Source: Octopus sinensis (Eukaryota). Taken from it: a DNA stretch of 53,030 nucleotides. Position 1 is the first letter of the stretch. Every line of letters begins with the position of its first letter. Both the position numbers and the translations under genes were made by a program. Shown piece by piece: positions 25,051-37,070 of the stretch. The notes beneath the pieces were generated by a model, which saw only the letters and a list, made by a program, of their open reading frames with translations, was not told the DNA's origin and searched no databases. The DNA lies in contig NW_021831688.1 in assembly GCF_006345805.1 (NCBI RefSeq), positions 1-53,030 on the forward strand, written 5' to 3'.

Positions 25051-25094
25051 AATAATCTTTTGATTTTTACGCATGATATATACATACATATGTA

Positions 25095-25127
<33 letters not shown>

Positions 25128-25200
25128 ATATATTAATATATAATATTATATATATATATATTATATATATATATATATTATATATATATTAATATATTTG

Positions 25201-25587
25201 TGTAAGTGTAGAATAAAATCAAAATGCCCGGCACCTGGTCTATGTGGGGAAAATAATGTAATCTATAAATGTACCATATCCACGGAGAATAACAAATATC
25301 TTTCGTTGGATGTACAATTAATTTTCTAGCAGAGTTAGAAATCACATCTCGTCTTTTAAATTACGTCATAAAGCTGGTACCACCACACTTTCAAACAAAT
25401 CTGGGAACTCAAAAAATAATAAAAATTATAACCTTAATTGGGAAATAGTTAGGAGAGCAAGTCCGTATAAAATAGTAGGGTTGGTTGCCAACTATGCTCC
25501 ATGGAGACGTATGAAATTCTAAAGCATAGAAAACATAGAAACTTATTGAATAACATATCGACTAGGTCAAGTTTGTGTCCACGCTAA
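25201..25587 (+). mobile_element. Penelope-like GIY-YIG endonuclease relic
   Basis: Frameshifted CKCRIKSKCPAPGLCGENNVIYKC...VGCT...RNHISSFK...NWEIVRRA.PYK...CQLCSMETYEIL. Confidence 0.75.
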
Positions 25588-27384
25588 TTGAAGACTTTAA
25601 AATATTTTAAATGATTAGAATAGCCATAACTAGATAGATAGATATAACTTGATTTCTACTAGTATAGCACTGTGCTTTAATGATAACTAAGAGTTCTCAC
25701 ACTACAGTTATCTTTTTCCTTATATCTGCATCAGTTTTTTGAGAACAGGAAATGAATAGTACTTATACGCTGCTAATTGAGGCTTTATTTAATTTCAAAC
25801 TCATAATTTTTAAATTCTTAATTTTAAATCTTAATTGTAATTTTTAATTTTAATTCCTAACTTATCTAATTTAAGTAGCATAACTCTAATAAAATAAATG
25901 AGATACTATAGCCCCATAATTCTATTTCAAATTAAATAAATAAGGCTACCCCCTCGGTGATAATATGTTTATCTTCATTATGATAGACAATCCCCTAACA
26001 CCTTGTAAATGACCTTCTAAGATTTGACCTGTAGTCCGTCAATGTATGAATAATAACGGCAACTCCTTAAGACAATAAAATGAATAAATTAAATAAGTAA
26101 ATTTTATTGACTTTTTGATAAGATTATACTTAGATTTTCCTAATGTATTTTCTTTTGATTTTAGCATCTACCCCTAAACCCCTGACTGTGTTATCTCTTT
26201 AGATTCTCTTTAAATTCATAGCTGATTTCAACAGCAATAAATTAGCTGTTTTTCTGCCAAAGAATAATATTCTCCTCTAGTTCCTAGATGCCTGTAACTT
26301 AAAACTAGACTTGCCGTCTACTATTCGTCTGTATAACTAGAACCCTCTCTTTTTTATTTTTCTTTTTTCCCTTCTTTCCCTATTCTTTCTCTTTTCTCTT
26401 TTTCTGTTTCTTCTTCTATTCTCTTTTTCCTTTTCTCTTCTCTTTTAGTCCCCTTCCCCCCCTTTTTTTGCTCCCTCCTCCTTTATTTTCTCTCTTTTCT
26501 TCTATTCCCTTCCTTTCTATTCTTGCCTCTCTAGAAAGCCCTTCAGCCTTAAAAGTTAAATAGCTACAGCCTCTTGTAAAAGCAGTAATGTGATTAATGT
26601 GGCAAATACCGAATCATATAACAAGAATTGATACCTACCTCATTGTGTTCAACCATTGATAAATTTATCGCCTGTGAATATGAAATTCCTCTTCATTTCT
26701 CTGGAAACTTACATCTACAACACCATTGGAAATTGTGCATCTATACAAAGGATTAATTCACCCTCTCTGTAATGCTAATAAGCAGGAATTGAGACCCACC
26801 TCGTTGTGATTAACAATGGATAAATTGTGTCTTCTGTTGAGTATGTTATCCCTCATCATATCTCTGGAAATTCATATGTGCTCTATGGATTAGGTCACCT
26901 TCTCTGTGATGCTATTAGAACTTTTTAAATTCTGTGATAAGGGTGTACTCATGACTCATCTTAAAAAACTTTAATGAACTTTGGAAATCTGTTTTATGTT
27001 CTTAATTATCTACATTACTTCATGAGTATAGCCTCAACCACTAGGATGTCTAGAGAACTCACATGTATTTTAGGTGATGAGTACGGGACAACGTTTATAT
27101 GCTGTAATTTTTGCAACTTTTAATAAAGCCTGTCCTTGTATAAACGATTGTACTAAAAACCTATCCATTCTTGTTGCTTCTTTCCCGCTTATAATCACCC
27201 CCCCACATTACTGTATTGTTTTAAACAGTATAGTTTGTTTTGGTGCATCTAAGTTAGGTACCATATTCAAGTAATTTCATTTAAATTAACTTTGAATCTT
27301 TTATTGCTTTTATATATATATATATATTATATATATATATAATATATATAATATATATACAATATTTACATTACTCGGTAGTCA

Positions 27385-27447
27385 AGATAAAACTCTGAGT
27401 TTCAGATGCCGAAGTGGAATTCCACAACACCATCTCTTCGGTTATCT
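27385..27447 (-). ncRNA. Second copy of the pLTR hammerhead-like motif (inverted arm)
   Basis: Reverse complement of 29276-29338, with the same two core variants. Confidence 0.6.
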
Positions 27448-29275
27448 GGCTATTTGAAACGTATGAAAAAATACCGTTAAATAAAGGGAAATTACTCTGT
27501 TATAACTCTGCTTGCCTGCGTACTTATACTTACATCGCTCGCATTTTTCGTCATAAAAATATATAAAAAATATATAAAATATATAAAAATATATAAATTC
27601 TTCTTGGGACATAACATAGAAAGCATGTTCTATCTGTTTTCTTTAGGGACCAAAAACGTAACAGAAATTTAGTCACATGTGGGCATGATCGAAAAGCTCT
27701 GTCCTTGTATTTAGACTGTAGTAGATTTTTATGCCTCTATCTCTAAAGAACTGCTAGATAAAGCCCTCATCTTCGCTAGTGACTTCATAGAAATAGTACC
27801 AATGATAAGGAAATAATCTTCCATGCTAGAAAGACCTTACTTTTCAGTGAGGACGCAAAGTGGGTAAAAAACACCGACAAACATAGGCGCTTTCGATGTG
27901 AGCATGGGTTCATATGATGGGGCAGGCATCTGTGATCTAATTGGACTTTTTCTCCTAGATACCAGGTATAACATTCCCTAACGTACATTCGCCATCTACA
28001 AGATGATGCTCTCGCCTTACAGCTAATACAACTGGACCAGCACAAGATCGTTTTAGGAAGGATTTATCCAGTTAAGGAACACTTCTCGACTTAGTATAAC
28101 TATAGATACTAACCTGACGGTTGTCAATTTCTTAGACGTTTTCCTTTAGATCTTAATAAGAATATTTATAAGCCTTATAGGAAGCCCAATGATAGACTAA
28201 GTTATATTAATGTAGGTTCATGCCATCCCCCTATAGTATTCAAAATTTAGTTAAAAATATTAGTAAGAGGATTTCTAGCCTCTCATCTGATGCGGACATC
28301 TTCAATAGCGTTGCCCCATTTATAATAAGGCTTTAAAGATAGTGGTTTTAGCGATAAATAAAATATACACCTATCACTAGGCCAACAGTAAGAAAAAGGA
28401 ATACTAGAAATAGGAAGGTCATCTGGTTTACCGCCCCCTACTCACCCGAGGTGGCCTTCAATATAGGTAAATATTTCCTAGCACTGATAGATAGACATTT
28501 CCCAGTTAACCATACTTATAGGAAACTCTTCAATAGACACAATTTAAAAATAGTTTTAGTTCAACTACCAATTTTAAAACATAATCAAACATACATACAA
28601 AAACACAAGAAGAAAACAGCTGTTCATGCAGGAATAAAGAATTGTGCCCGCTAAATGGAACTTGCATGTCCAAGACCATCATATATGACTACTGTAAACT
28701 CTATAACCACTAAAGACACCGTTTCGACGAAGAAATACGTGGGCCTTACAGAGGGTATTTCAAGGCCAGGTTCAATAACCACACTTTGAGCTTTAGGCAC
28801 TGGAACAAAAGAAAAGCGACCATTGTCTAATCATATTTGGTCTTTAAGAGATAAGGTGTCGATTATAACATACGATGGAAGATTTTGGCCAGATGTAAGC
28901 CCTATACTAACGGCAGCGGAAAGTGCGGTCTATGCGACATGGAGAGATGGCTTATCTGGAAAAGCAGCTTAGACCCTACTACATGTCTAAATACAAGGAC
29001 AGAGCTTTTCGGATCATGCCACATGTGACTAAATTTCTGTTACGTTTTTGGTCCCCTAAAGAAAACAGATAGAACATGCTTTCTATGTTATGTCCCAAGA
29101 AGAATTATATATTTTTATATATATTTTTATATATTTTTTTATATATTTTTTATGTATTTTTCTATAATTTTTATGACGAAAAATGCGAGCGATGTATAAG
29201 TACGCAGGCAAGCAGAGTTATAACAGAGTAATTTCCCTTTATTTACGGTATTTTTTCATAACGTTTTCAATAGCC

Positions 29276-29338
29276 AGATAACCGAAGAGATGGTGTTGTG
29301 GATTTCCACTTCGGCATCTGAAACTCAGAGTTTTATCT
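29276..29338 (+). ncRNA. Type I hammerhead-like motif in the Penelope pLTR (variant core)
   Basis: Stem I AGATAA/TTATCT, core CCGAAGA, stem II GATG..CATC with inner GTGGA/TCCAC, extra T, GAAA, stem III ACTC-A-GAGT, GUU triplet. Confidence 0.65.
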
Positions 29339-29459
29339 TGACTACCGAGTAATGTAACATATTGTATAGATAAATTTCCTCTATTTACATAATATTGAGG
29401 TCTCTTTCTTTCTTTTGTTATCTTACCGTTTTATAAATATATATATTATATATATATGC

Positions 29460-29778
29460 TGAGACCTCCTTCGGTCATGACTGACCATGGGATTGCACCT
29501 AGAAAGTTACCCTCCCAAGCACAAGTCCGGGCAAGGTTGTTTATGGAAGACCAGCAGTTGCTCATGCATACCGGCATTCCCCTCTCCACGCCACCAGTGT
29601 TATCCAAGGGCCGATACGGGTTGGCACGTGTGACGTCGCAACTCATTTCTATAGCTGAGTGAACTGGAGCAACGTGAAATAAAGTGTCTTGCTCAAGAGC
29701 ACAACACGCAGCCCGGTCCGAGATTCGAACTCACGACCTCACGATCTTAAGCTCGACCACTGAGCCTGGCACCTTCAC
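29460..29778 (-). mobile_element. tRNA-derived SINE (head H2 + tail T3)
   Basis: Antisense head gtcgtgagttcgaatctc...ttgagcaagacactttatttcacgttgctccag. A second copy lies at 41706-42016. Confidence 0.85.
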
Positions 29779-29782
29779 ACAC

Positions 29783-29831
<49 letters not shown>

Positions 29832-29926
29832 ATATAGACAGCAGTCTGTAATGTTTTACCAAAAACGAAAGTTATAAATCACTAAATGTGACTAGGGTGT
29901 CAGAAAAAACCTACATTTTAGAAATA

Positions 29927-30440
29927 TCTCTCTATATAAACGGCAGTTTGTCTGTCTGTGTGTCTGTCAGGTTGTACCCTCACCCTGACCACGGCTTTCA
30001 ACCGATTCTGATGAAACTTGACACACACATAGCCCAATGTCATAATTCAAAACTAACGCAGCGAAAATTTTGAAAAGTTCCCCCAGTTTTGAAAAAAATT
30101 GATAAATTCGACATGGGGTCGAGAATCTAAGCTTTTTATTTGCAACACATTTTCTGTTGTAGTTTTCGCAACTTGCAATCGATTTTGACCAAACTCATGG
30201 TGAAGCTTAATGTTACCCTAAGAAACTTAATTCTGACGTTAGTTTTCCATGCAATACCTTACCATCAGAAAAAATCGATAAAATCATGCCATTTTGGGAA
30301 ATCGCGTTCAAATTCAAGATGACATATTTTCGACAATATCTTTTACAAATTGGTAGGAATTTTTTTAAAAATTCACAGCGAGCATCATGTCTGCTCCAGG
30401 GGCTCTTACATACCCGGGCAATGCCGGGCTATGCTGCTAG
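29927..30440 (+). mobile_element. Complete non-autonomous Helitron (514 bp)
   Basis: A|TC 5' end (29927), 3' hairpin CCCGG-GCAATG-CCGGG (30413-30428), CTAG terminus (30437-30440) followed by T, and no TSD. Confidence 0.88.
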
Positions 30441-30579
30441 TAAGAGTTAAAATGCGCTCTGATGCTGTAGTAAGGACTGGCTCGACTTCGGTTTCTTATT
30501 TCTAACAATATAGGCGTTTCTAACACAACTAGTCATATTTAGTGACAATTATATATACATACATACATACATACATACA

Positions 30580-30613
<34 letters not shown>

Positions 30614-31024
30614 CATACAGTCTGATGACTGAAACAAATACAAGGTAATAGATATATAAGTTAAGAATTGGATGTAGTACGATGTCAAGAAAAATTCAAC
30701 AGACGAGATTAAATAACATAAAAAAAAAAGAATTCATGGATGTGTTGTTAAGATGTTCGCTTTGGAACTACATGGTTTCAGGTTCAGCCTCACAAGGTGG
30801 TACCATGGTCAAGTGTTGTTTACTATAGCCCCGGGGCGGCCGATGTTTTCTGAGTAAATATGGTAACCAGTCGTATATATGTACGTATGTATGTATGTAT
30901 AGATGAATGGATGGATGTATCTGCGTTTGACACCCCACCCACTTCTTGACAAACAAACTTAGAGGTTCAGCAAAAGAGACGGGTAAGATAAGTACTATCC
31001 ATCAACCGGATATGATAAGTACCT

Positions 31025-31142
<118 letters not shown>

Positions 31143-31299
31143 ATATAAGTATATAAGTATATGTATCTATATATATATGTATATGTATATAAAGTAGTGG
31201 GGGTAATTTGTTCGACTAAAACCTTTCAAGATTGTGCCCCAGCATGGCCGCATTCCAATAAATGAAACAATGAAAACAAACACAAAACATTCGTTGGCC

Positions 31300-31590
31300 C
31301 AGAAGCCCATGAGTCAAAGCTGAGATTGACTAATTTTTCATTTCAGCAAATGACAAAAACTTCTCTCTACTAGAAACTGCCAAAAATGGCCGTTCTGCAA
31401 ATGTAACAGAATATATTATTGACTGCAGAGTATGTGGGAATTACAAGAGAACCATTAATCATATAATCTCTTGTTACCGAATTCTTTGAAATAGTACATT
31501 TACAGTTATGTTGGAATTCGAGCTTTCATACACTGGAATCAATGCCTGCATCATGAAATTGTGACAGAAGGAAGGGCTCTGAGAATGTCA
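31300..31590 (+). mobile_element. R4/Dong-type LINE zinc-knuckle relic
   Basis: DCRVCGNYKRTINHIISC...FIHW resembles the CRxCG..ETIxHIxSGC...RHD....IHW motif. Confidence 0.55.
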
Positions 31591-31867
31591 GCTATTATGA
31601 AATACACCGTAAAAAGAGTCCCTGAGATTGGTTTCAAATTTTGGCACAAAGCCAGCAATTTAGGGAGAGGGTGCTAGTCGATTATATCGAACCCCAGTGC
31701 TCTACCAATGCGCAGTTTATCGACCTCGAGAGGATGAAAGACAAATTCGATCTTGATGGAGTTTGAACTCAGAACGTAAAGACGGACGAAATGCCGCTAA
31801 GCCTTTTGTCTGGCGGGCTATAGATTCTGCTAGCTCGTCAACCAGGAGAATTCATCTACGAAGCAAT

Positions 31868-32130
31868 TGCCCCAGCTCCCCTTCAGGGTTGGCGAAAGTG
31901 ATGTGGTAGACAACGAAAAACCTGGCTGATGACAGTCAAGGCTGATCTGGAACCCAACCTAGGCACCCATGTCTACGGCATTCGCCGCTGGAATAGGGAG
32001 TGGTTGGAGATCACCCGGTCGTTAGCCTCAAATTGCCAGGCCTTGTCGGCGTTTGTGAGAGATTCAGCATTGAGGATGAATGAAGCTTGCTCAACCCACC
32101 CTGGGTGAATGCTGTTTCAACCAAGCAAGC
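31868..32130 (+). mobile_element. RTE-clade LINE 3' end
   Basis: GWRK.CGRQRKTWLMTVKADLEP.LG..VYGIRRWNREWL, a typical RTE C-terminus. Confidence 0.7.
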
Positions 32131-32479
32131 TAGCTCACCGCCTTTCCAACTTTCTTAATATTGGTTTCATATTTTGGTACAAGGCCAACAAGTTCGGTGG
32201 AGTGGGTAAGTCGATCATATCGACCCCAGTGTTCAATTGGCTTTTATTTAATCGACCCCGAAAGGATTAAATACAAATTTCACCTTAGCAGAATTTGAAC
32301 CCAGAGTGTAGAGACGAGCGAAATGCCAACTTTTTTAATATTGGTTTCAAAGTTTGGTACAAGACCAGCGGGTTTGGGGCAGGGACTAAGTCAGGACCTG
32401 AAGATGGACAAAATGCCGCTAAGCAATTTGCCCGGCGTGCTAACGATTCTGCCAGCTTGCCTCCTTAAAGGGTTTCTGT

Positions 32480-33940
32480 TATTGAAGAAGCTACCATATT
32501 TGTGGATATACTAATCCACACAGACAGGGAAACGAAGGTTAATCTATTGGATATCACTGAAAAGAACCACAAGGAGAGGAAGTTATCTCTTGATAGTTAT
32601 ATTAATTCCAACAGACAAGGAAATATTTCTGAAAGAAGTAGAGAAATTATCCAACAATAAATCATCAAATGTACGGGGAACAGTGATAAAATTCATTCTT
32701 AATACTTTCCGGCAGACGAGACACAACAATGTCGGAGCACCGGATGTTCTATAGTCCATTACGCTAATGAACCGAGCGTGTTATGAACACATATTCGTCA
32801 TGAAGGAGAGGTTGTTCTTATTTCTTTATTGCCCACAAGGGGTTAAACATAGAGGGGACAAACAAGGACAGACAAACGGATTAAGTCGATTACATCGACC
32901 CCAATGCGTAATTGGTACTTAATTTATCGATCCCGAAAGGATGAAAGGCAAAGTCGACTTCGGTGGAATTTAAACTCAGAACGTAACGGCAGACGAAATA
33001 CCTATTTCTTTATTACCTACAAGGGGCTAAACATAGAGGGGACAAACAAGGACAGAAGGACAGACAAACGGATTAAGTCGATTACATCGACCTCAGTGCG
33101 TAACTGGTACTTAATTTATCGACCCCGGAAGGATGAAAGGCAAAGTCGACCTCGGCGGAATTTGAACTCAGAACGTAACGCAGACGAAATACAGCTAAGC
33201 ATTTCGCCCGGCGTGCTAACGTTTCTACCAGCTCGCCGCCTGAAGGAGACGTTGTTCTGTGATTCAGCATATTCTGCAGCGATTAACACATTCATATTCG
33301 AATCCACTTCAGCGTATTAATAATGAATGTCGAAGTCATCGGTTTGATTCTCGCTGGTCACCATTCATATAATGATTTATTATTGGTTGGCAGATATCAT
33401 CACAGTTCAGCGAACAGTTTGTTCGCTGAAATTATAAACGAACCATCGGTACTTTTTACTTTCATTGGTCCGAGAGTGTTTCTGGCTGACAAGACACAAT
33501 TGATGTCGAAACTCCGGCTTTCCCAGAATCCCTTGCACTAATGAATTGAGTGTGATATGAGAGGATAATCGTCGTAAAAGAACAGTTGTTCTCCGGTGAC
33601 GGAACACAACAGCGATTAGCGTTTTCACGTTCGAATCATCTGCAGCGTATTGAAGCTGAATGTAAAAGTCATCGTTTTGATTCTGGCTGATTACCGTGCA
33701 TATGACGACTGGTTATCGGTTGACAGATACCAGCATAGATCAGCAAAGTCTGCTGAAGTTATAAACAAGCGATTCCAATTGTTATCAGACTTCATTAGTT
33801 CGGGTAGCCTTTGGCTGATAAAACACGACCATTCTGGAACACCGACTGTTTTATAGTCCATTGTGCTAATGAATCGAGTTGAACACATTCGTTGTAAAGG
33901 AGAAAGTGTTCTGTAACAAAATACAACAGCGATTAGCATA
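32480..33940. repeat. Ancient tandem array of three about 320-335-bp diverged units
   Basis: cagcgatta recurs at 33277, 33610 and 33927; atagtccatt..gctaatgaa recurs at about 32750 and 33853. The array is interrupted by a SINE. Confidence 0.7.
32819..33240 (-). mobile_element. Family A SINE dimer with 18-bp TSD
   Basis: TSD tgaaggaga(g/c)gttgttct at 32801-32818 and 33241-33258. Confidence 0.9.
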
Positions 33941-34452
33941 CCGTAAATCCTCGAGTATAGTCCGTCCTTGAGTATAATACGCAGGGGATTTTTAGGGGGA
34001 TGTACCTCTGAAACACCTAAACCTTGTGTATAATACTCACCCCTTCTCTAACTTGAGTCAAGGAGGTCTATATAACGTCCTTGCTTTGTAAAAATGTATA
34101 CGGTAACGTCCTTTATTATTATTGTATATATAACATAATGCAAACGTGTAGCTTTTTTGTGAATTTTGTTTGCAGAAAATAATGAAATAACAGTAATAAC
34201 ATTTAATAAATGTTGCTTACTGCAAGTTATGGATGATTTTTTAATGATTTCATTGCTTTCATGCTTAGCTTAAGGTATTTTCGTGCCCGACATCACAAAA
34301 TGCGTCTAAATAAACATTGCCGGACAGAAAATAGAGTCTCGGACATTGCTTAGAAAATATTTTTCATTTTTAACATCGTATATAGTACGCACTAGGGATT
34401 TTGACCTTTAAATTTTTTGGGAAAAAATGCGGATTATACTCGAGGATTTACG
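33941..34452. mobile_element. Tc1/mariner-pogo-type MITE, copy 1
   Basis: TA|ccgtaaatcctcgagtatagtccg ... gcggattatactcgaggatttacg; the last base and right TA are lost. Confidence 0.85.
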
Positions 34453-34499
34453 TTCAAATATGCCAGAACGTACTAAGAATGCATATGCAATTTATCGTA

Positions 34500-34690
34500 T
34501 CTAAATATAAATATCTGAAAATGAGAATACATGAATTGAAAACTGAAGCAATCCCTGTGATAATAGGAGCCTTCGAAATGGTTTTAAAAATGCAGACAAA
34601 TACATAAGTAAAACCCCAAGTGTTACATAATATGTAATATAATTAGCCGTGCAAGTAACAACAGACGTCGCTATTTCGAAAAAAGATTCC
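34500..34690 (+). mobile_element. R4/Dong-type LINE C-terminal (restriction-like endonuclease) relic
   Basis: KYKYLKMRIHELKTEAIPVIIGAFEMV resembles KY.DL..EI...W.LKT..IP.IIGALG. Confidence 0.6.
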
Positions 34691-34984
34691 TTACCAATGA
34701 TGAAATAATAACAACATAAATTATATGTTGACATGAAGTAAATACGATTCCATATTACATGCATATTTCACAGCAACACCCGATCTCTCTGGAGGGAAAA
34801 TAACCCTGATCTAAACGTAATTATGGATCCCGACAAACTATTTTTTAAAATGTATATATTTTCAAAACTAAAACTACCGCAGGTAAAAACAGAACACTTA
34901 AAAGAGAAAATAATACATACGGAAAGTACAAACAATATACAAAATTGAAATAACGAAAATGTGAGCAATGAGAATATCTTTGAT

Positions 34985-36255
34985 AATGTTGGTTTCATAT
35001 TTTGGCACAAGGCCAGCTATTTCAGGGTAGGGCTCAAGTCGGTTACATCGACCCCAGTACTGAACTGGTACTTATTTTATCGGCGGCGAGCTGGCAGAAA
35101 CGTTAGCACGCCGGGCGAAATACTTAGCGTTATTTCGTCTGCCGCTACGTTCTGAGTTCAAATTCCGCCGAGGTCGACTTTGCCTTTCATCCTTTCGGGG
35201 TCGATTAAATACGTACCAGTTACGCACTGGGGTCGATATAATCGACTTAATCCGTTTGTCTGTCCTTGTTTGTCCTCTCTGTGTTTAGCCCCTAAAAGTA
35301 AAGAAAAAGGTACTTATTTTATCGACCCCCAGCATAATTTGAACTCAGAACGTAAAAACGGGCGAAATACCGCTAAGCAATTTTCGCAAAGTGCTAACGT
35401 TTCTGCAAGCTCACCACCTTTCCAACTGTTTTAATGTTGATTTTACATTTTGGGACCAGGCCAGCAAGATCGGGAGAGTGGATCAGTTGATTACATCGAC
35501 CCCAGTGCATAACTGGTACTTGTTTTATCGACCCCAGTGCTTGACTGGTACTTATTTTATCGACCCCAGTGCTTGACTGGTACTTATTTTATCGACCCCA
35601 GTGCTTGACTGGTACTTATTTTATCGACCCCAGTGGTTAACTGGTACTTATTTTGTCGACTACCAGCAGAATTTGAACTCAGAACGTAAAGACGGGCGAA
35701 ATACCGCTAAGCAATTTTCGCGAAGTGCTAACGTTTCTGCAAGCTCAAAACCTTTCCAACTGTTTTAATATTGATTTTACATTTTGGGACCAGGCCAGTA
35801 AGATCGGGAGAGTGGGTAAGTTGATTACATCGAGGCCAGTGATCAACTGGTAATTATTTTATAGACCCCGACAGTATTCAGTGCAAAGTCGACCTCGGCA
35901 GAATTTGAACTCAGAATGTAGGGACGAAAGAAAAGCCAACTTTCTTAATATTGGTGCGGGAGTGACTGTATTGTAAGTTGCTTACTTCCCAACCACTGCG
36001 TGGCACCTTGGACAAGTGTCTTCTACTATAGCTTCGAGCTGACCAAAGCCTTGTGAGTGGATTTAATAAACGTGTGTGTGTGTGTGTTTGTTTGTGTGTC
36101 TGTGTTTGTCCCAACATCGCTTGACAACCGATGCTGGTGTGTTTACGTCCCCGTAATTTAGCGGTTCGACAAAAGAGACCGATAGAATAAGTACTGGGCT
36201 TACACAGAATAAGTCCCGGGGTCGATTTGCTGGGCTAAAGAGTAAAAGAATAAAA
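34985..36255. mobile_element. Cluster of family A SINEs (both strands), a local duplication of about 200 bp, and a family B copy
   Basis: A (+) 35080-35300; duplicated antisense blocks at about 35315-35510 and 35650-35845; B (+) 35955-36255. Confidence 0.75.
35495..35660. repeat. 32-bp minisatellite (5 units) inside a family A SINE
   Basis: Unit atcgaccccagtgcttgactggtacttatttt. Confidence 0.9.
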
Positions 36256-36459
36256 GAGCTGATCGAACTTCGATATGGGAAAAGCCTACGATTTCTACGC
36301 CAATAAATCATTATCGTTCCTGAAAGATGTTTTCTTATACCTGCCACTGACTACTCGAAGCTTACCAACTTCCTACACTTAGACCCTTGGATCTTACAAT
36401 TACACATACACACATACTCACACACAAGAAGGCATATTCTGCTCAGTGGATTCTTTTCT

Positions 36460-37070
36460 ACTCAAAGCACAAGGCCCGAAATTTTGGAGGAGGGGGCCAG
36501 TCGATTAGATCGACCCAGTGCGCAACTGGTACTTTATTTATCGACCCCGAAAGGATGAAAGCAAAGTCGACCTCGGCGGAATTTGAACAAAGAACATAAA
36601 GGCAAACGAAATATCGCTAAGCATTTTCCCCGGCGTGCTAACGTTTCTTATTTCTTTATTGCTCACAAGGGGCGAAACATAGAGGGGACAAACAAGGGCA
36701 GATAAAGGGATTAAGTCGTTTACATCGACCCCAGTAAGTAACAAGTACTTAATTTATCGACCCCGAAAGAATGAAAGGCAAACTCGACCTCGGCGGAATT
36801 TCAACTCAGAACGTAGCGTCAGACGAAATACTTATTTCTATTTCTTTACTACCCACAAGGGGCTAAACACAGAGGACAAACAAGGACAGACAAACGGATT
36901 AAGTCGATTACATCAACTCCAGTGCGTAACTGGTACTTAATTTGTCGAACACGAAAGGATGAAAGGCAAAGTCGACCTCGGCGGAATTTGAACTCAGAAC
37001 GTAACGGCAGACGACATATCGCTAAGCATTTCGCCCGGCGTGCTAACGGTTCTGCCAACTCGCCGCCTTA
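36460..37070 (-). mobile_element. Family A SINE trimer
   Basis: Three tandem antisense cores ending at the head ctgccaactcgccgcc. Confidence 0.85.

Larger units (their letters stand above)
27356..29368 (+). mobile_element. 5'-truncated Penelope-like retrotransposon (RT + GIY-YIG) with inverted terminal repeat
   Basis: RT relic from 27721 (VDFYASISKELLDKAL; FDVSMGSYDGA.ICDLIG; DD.LA; VNFLDV), then WF.PYS...FNIGKYFLALIDRHFP and the GIY-YIG region (KYVGLTEG..FKARFNNH...WKILARCKPY...CGLC). 27356-27724 is the reverse complement of 28976-29368. Confidence 0.92.

Noticed and set aside
25640-26340. Possible antisense Penelope N-terminal ORF relic
   Set aside because: It is too degraded to recognise motifs by eye and needs TBLASTX.
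30622-30635. CTGATGA-CT-GAAAC hammerhead-like string
   Set aside because: There is no room for stem II and no stem I/III; it is a variant of the SINE tail cagtcaaatgactgaaac.
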